DNA from: Nemertoderma westbladi
Lineage: Eukaryota; Animalia; Xenacoelomorpha
Assembly (NCBI GenBank): GCA_032718475.1
Contig: JAUCBJ010001138.1
Coordinates: 1 to 38,127, forward strand
Length of the DNA stretch: 38,127 nucleotides
Direction: 5' to 3'
Positions 36,440 to 38,127 of the stretch are shown piece after piece (positions within the stretch are counted from its first letter, which is position 1; each line of letters begins with the position of its first letter). The notes beneath the pieces were generated by a model that saw nothing but the letters and a program-made list of their open reading frames with translations, had not been told where the DNA came from and made no database searches. A program made the position numbers and the translations under genes.

Positions 36440-36637
36440 CTATAAGGGAAAGACTTCGACTTCACAAAGCGTTAGATATTCGCTGATTCCGAGGAACACA
36501 ACGACATAACGGCCAGTCTTCCCGGAGCAGGTGATGGTGTGGACGTCGCTGGCGCTGGTGATGGTGCCGCAGAGGTTGACAGAGTTGCTGACCAGACTAC
36601 GGAGGAACCCATCGTCTAGACTATCCACTATAAACAC
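36440..36637 (-). CDS. F-type lectin (fucolectin) domain protein, last exon
   Basis: Acceptor TTTTACAG, phase 0; ..LCGTI..TITCSGKTGRYVVV..YLTLCEVEVF is the FTL C-terminal signature. Confidence 0.9.
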   Translation of the reverse strand: MFIVDSLDDGFLRSLVSNSVNLCGTITSASDVHTITCSGKTGRYVVVFLGISEYLTLCEVEVFPL

Positions 36638-36833
36638 CTGTAAAACACAAAGTTTATTTTATCACAAAATTAGCGATATGAATGAATGGGTTAATCTTTT
36701 AGGCTCGTTTGGACAAGGAAACCCCATCTAGAGATTGAAACAGGATGTCGCAAACCAAGCTGCTGCCAGTGCGTGTATCGTACAGTGGATATTATATATT
36801 AATGCAACGTAAAATAATAAATGTCATCTGCGT

Positions 36834-37521
36834 GACCTACCTTAGCACCGATAATCCGACACGACAGCTGTCCGACCTACCTTAGCACCGATAATCAGAC
36901 ACGACAGCTGTCCGACCTACCTTAGCACCGATAATCAGACACGACAGCTGTCCGACCAACCTTAGCACCGATAATCCGACACGACAGCTGTCCGACCTAC
37001 CTTAGCACCGATAATCCGACACGACAGCTGTCCGACCTACCTTAGCACCGATAATCCGACACGACAGCTGTCCGACCTACCTTAGCACCGGTCCGACCTA
37101 CCTTAGCACCGATAATCCGACACGACAGCTGTCCGACCTACCTTAGCACCGATAATCCGACACGACAGCTGTCCGACCTACCTTAGCACCGATAATCCGA
37201 CACGACAGCTGTCCGACCTACCTTAGCACCGATAATCAGACACGACAGCTGTCCGACCTACCTTAGCACCGATAATCAGACACGACAGCTGTCCGACCAA
37301 CCTTAGCACCGATAATCCGACACGACAGCTGTCCGACCTACCTTAGCACCGATAATCCGACACGACAGCTGTCCGACCTACCTTAGCACCGATAATCCGA
37401 CACGACAGCTGTCCGACCTACCTTAGCTCCGATAATCAGACACGACAGCTGTCCGACCTACCTTAGCACCGATAATCCGACACGACAGCTGTCCGACCTA
37501 CCTTAGCTCCGATAATCCGAC
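36834..37521 (-). repeat. 40-bp minisatellite, 18 copies of the lectin exon end/donor junction
   Basis: The minus-strand unit is GTCGGATTATCGGTGCTAAG|GTAGGTCGGACAGCTGTCGT; one unit is shortened to 21 bp. Confidence 0.95.
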
Positions 37522-37750
37522 CCTGACAGCAGTCCTGTCTGTTGTAGACCTTTACGTGGCTGATGGGAGTGATCTCCTGTAGATCCAGAGTCCACCACCC
37601 AGGGGCGATGTTATCCGTGTGGGTGCAGCTGCCGTGGTTGTAATCCCCGTCGGTGTTTCCATCGTTACCGCGGCTAGCAACTCCGCCCCAACCGACCGAA
37701 TCCATTCCGCTCGGGAGACCGATGGCGATGTTACCGGCCCCGACCTCAAC
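37502..37750 (-). CDS. F-type lectin (fucolectin) domain protein, penultimate exon (upstream exon not identified)
   Basis: Acceptor TACTAG, 83 codons, donor AAG|GTAGGT. It encodes GNIA, NDGN, SCTHT and WW.LDL, with an intact fucose-binding motif H-x26-RQD-x4-R. Confidence 0.92.
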
Positions 37751-37980
37751 CTAGTAATAACAATATTAAATTCCTAGTTGGATAGTCCTAATGGAAGAGT
37801 TACAAAGTAAATAAAGTAACTACAAAGACCTGCTGGGTTGTCTGTCTGCAGGCAGTGAGTGAGAGTGGCGCAGTCAGAGAGTTACAGTTATAAGTTACAA
37901 GGAGTTACAGTTGTTTGTTTTATAATCTCAGTGAGTTGTTACATAAAGTTTGCTACTGTGTAGTATCTGCTGCACATAAC

Positions 37981-38083
37981 ATTGACTGCCTTCAACTGTT
38001 ACAGAGACGGATGAAGTGGAAAAATCCAAAACGTTCAATTATGATTGGAGATATTGTTCTGATCCGAGACAAAACGAAACATA
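37981..38083 (+). mobile_element. BEL/Pao LTR retrotransposon fragment (region C-terminal to integrase)
   Basis: LQLLQRRMKWKNPKRSIMIGDIVLIRD matches the L..LQ.R.KW....vGD.VL motif. Confidence 0.6.
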
Positions 38084-38127
38084 ATAAATGAATTGTTGTG
38101 GGGTGAGTGACGGTGAATTAAATATAT
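38084..38127 (-). mobile_element. End of a second insertion related to the 896-1148 retroposon (runs off the window)
   Basis: 22-bp identity ATAAATGAATTGTTGTGGGGTG with 898-919; it interrupts the BEL reading frame. Confidence 0.55.

Noticed and set aside
36834-37521. CRISPR array
   Set aside because: Units are contiguous and near-identical with no unique spacers, there are no cas genes, and the context is a eukaryotic intron.

Overview
AT-rich eukaryotic (probably invertebrate animal) genomic DNA, mostly transposon debris around two spliced host genes. These are a 4-exon SLC18B1-like MFS transporter (+, 12327-21188) and the last two exons of an F-type (fucose-binding) lectin (-, 36440-37750). 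Mobile elements include hAT, CRE-clade and RTE-clade non-LTR, P-like, Academ-like, Harbinger, pogo, IS3EU-like and BEL/Pao remnants. The most notable feature is a 253-bp TSD-flanked retroposon (896-1148) whose minus strand carries a tRNA-type Pol III promoter with a minimal type I hammerhead ribozyme between its A and B boxes, plus an inverted copy starting at about the predicted cleavage site. Other highlights are tandem amplification of exon/5' splice-site junctions in both host genes (18 copies in the lectin) and directly visible TA-anchored transposon excision footprints. All family calls come from motif recognition by eye; no database search was run.
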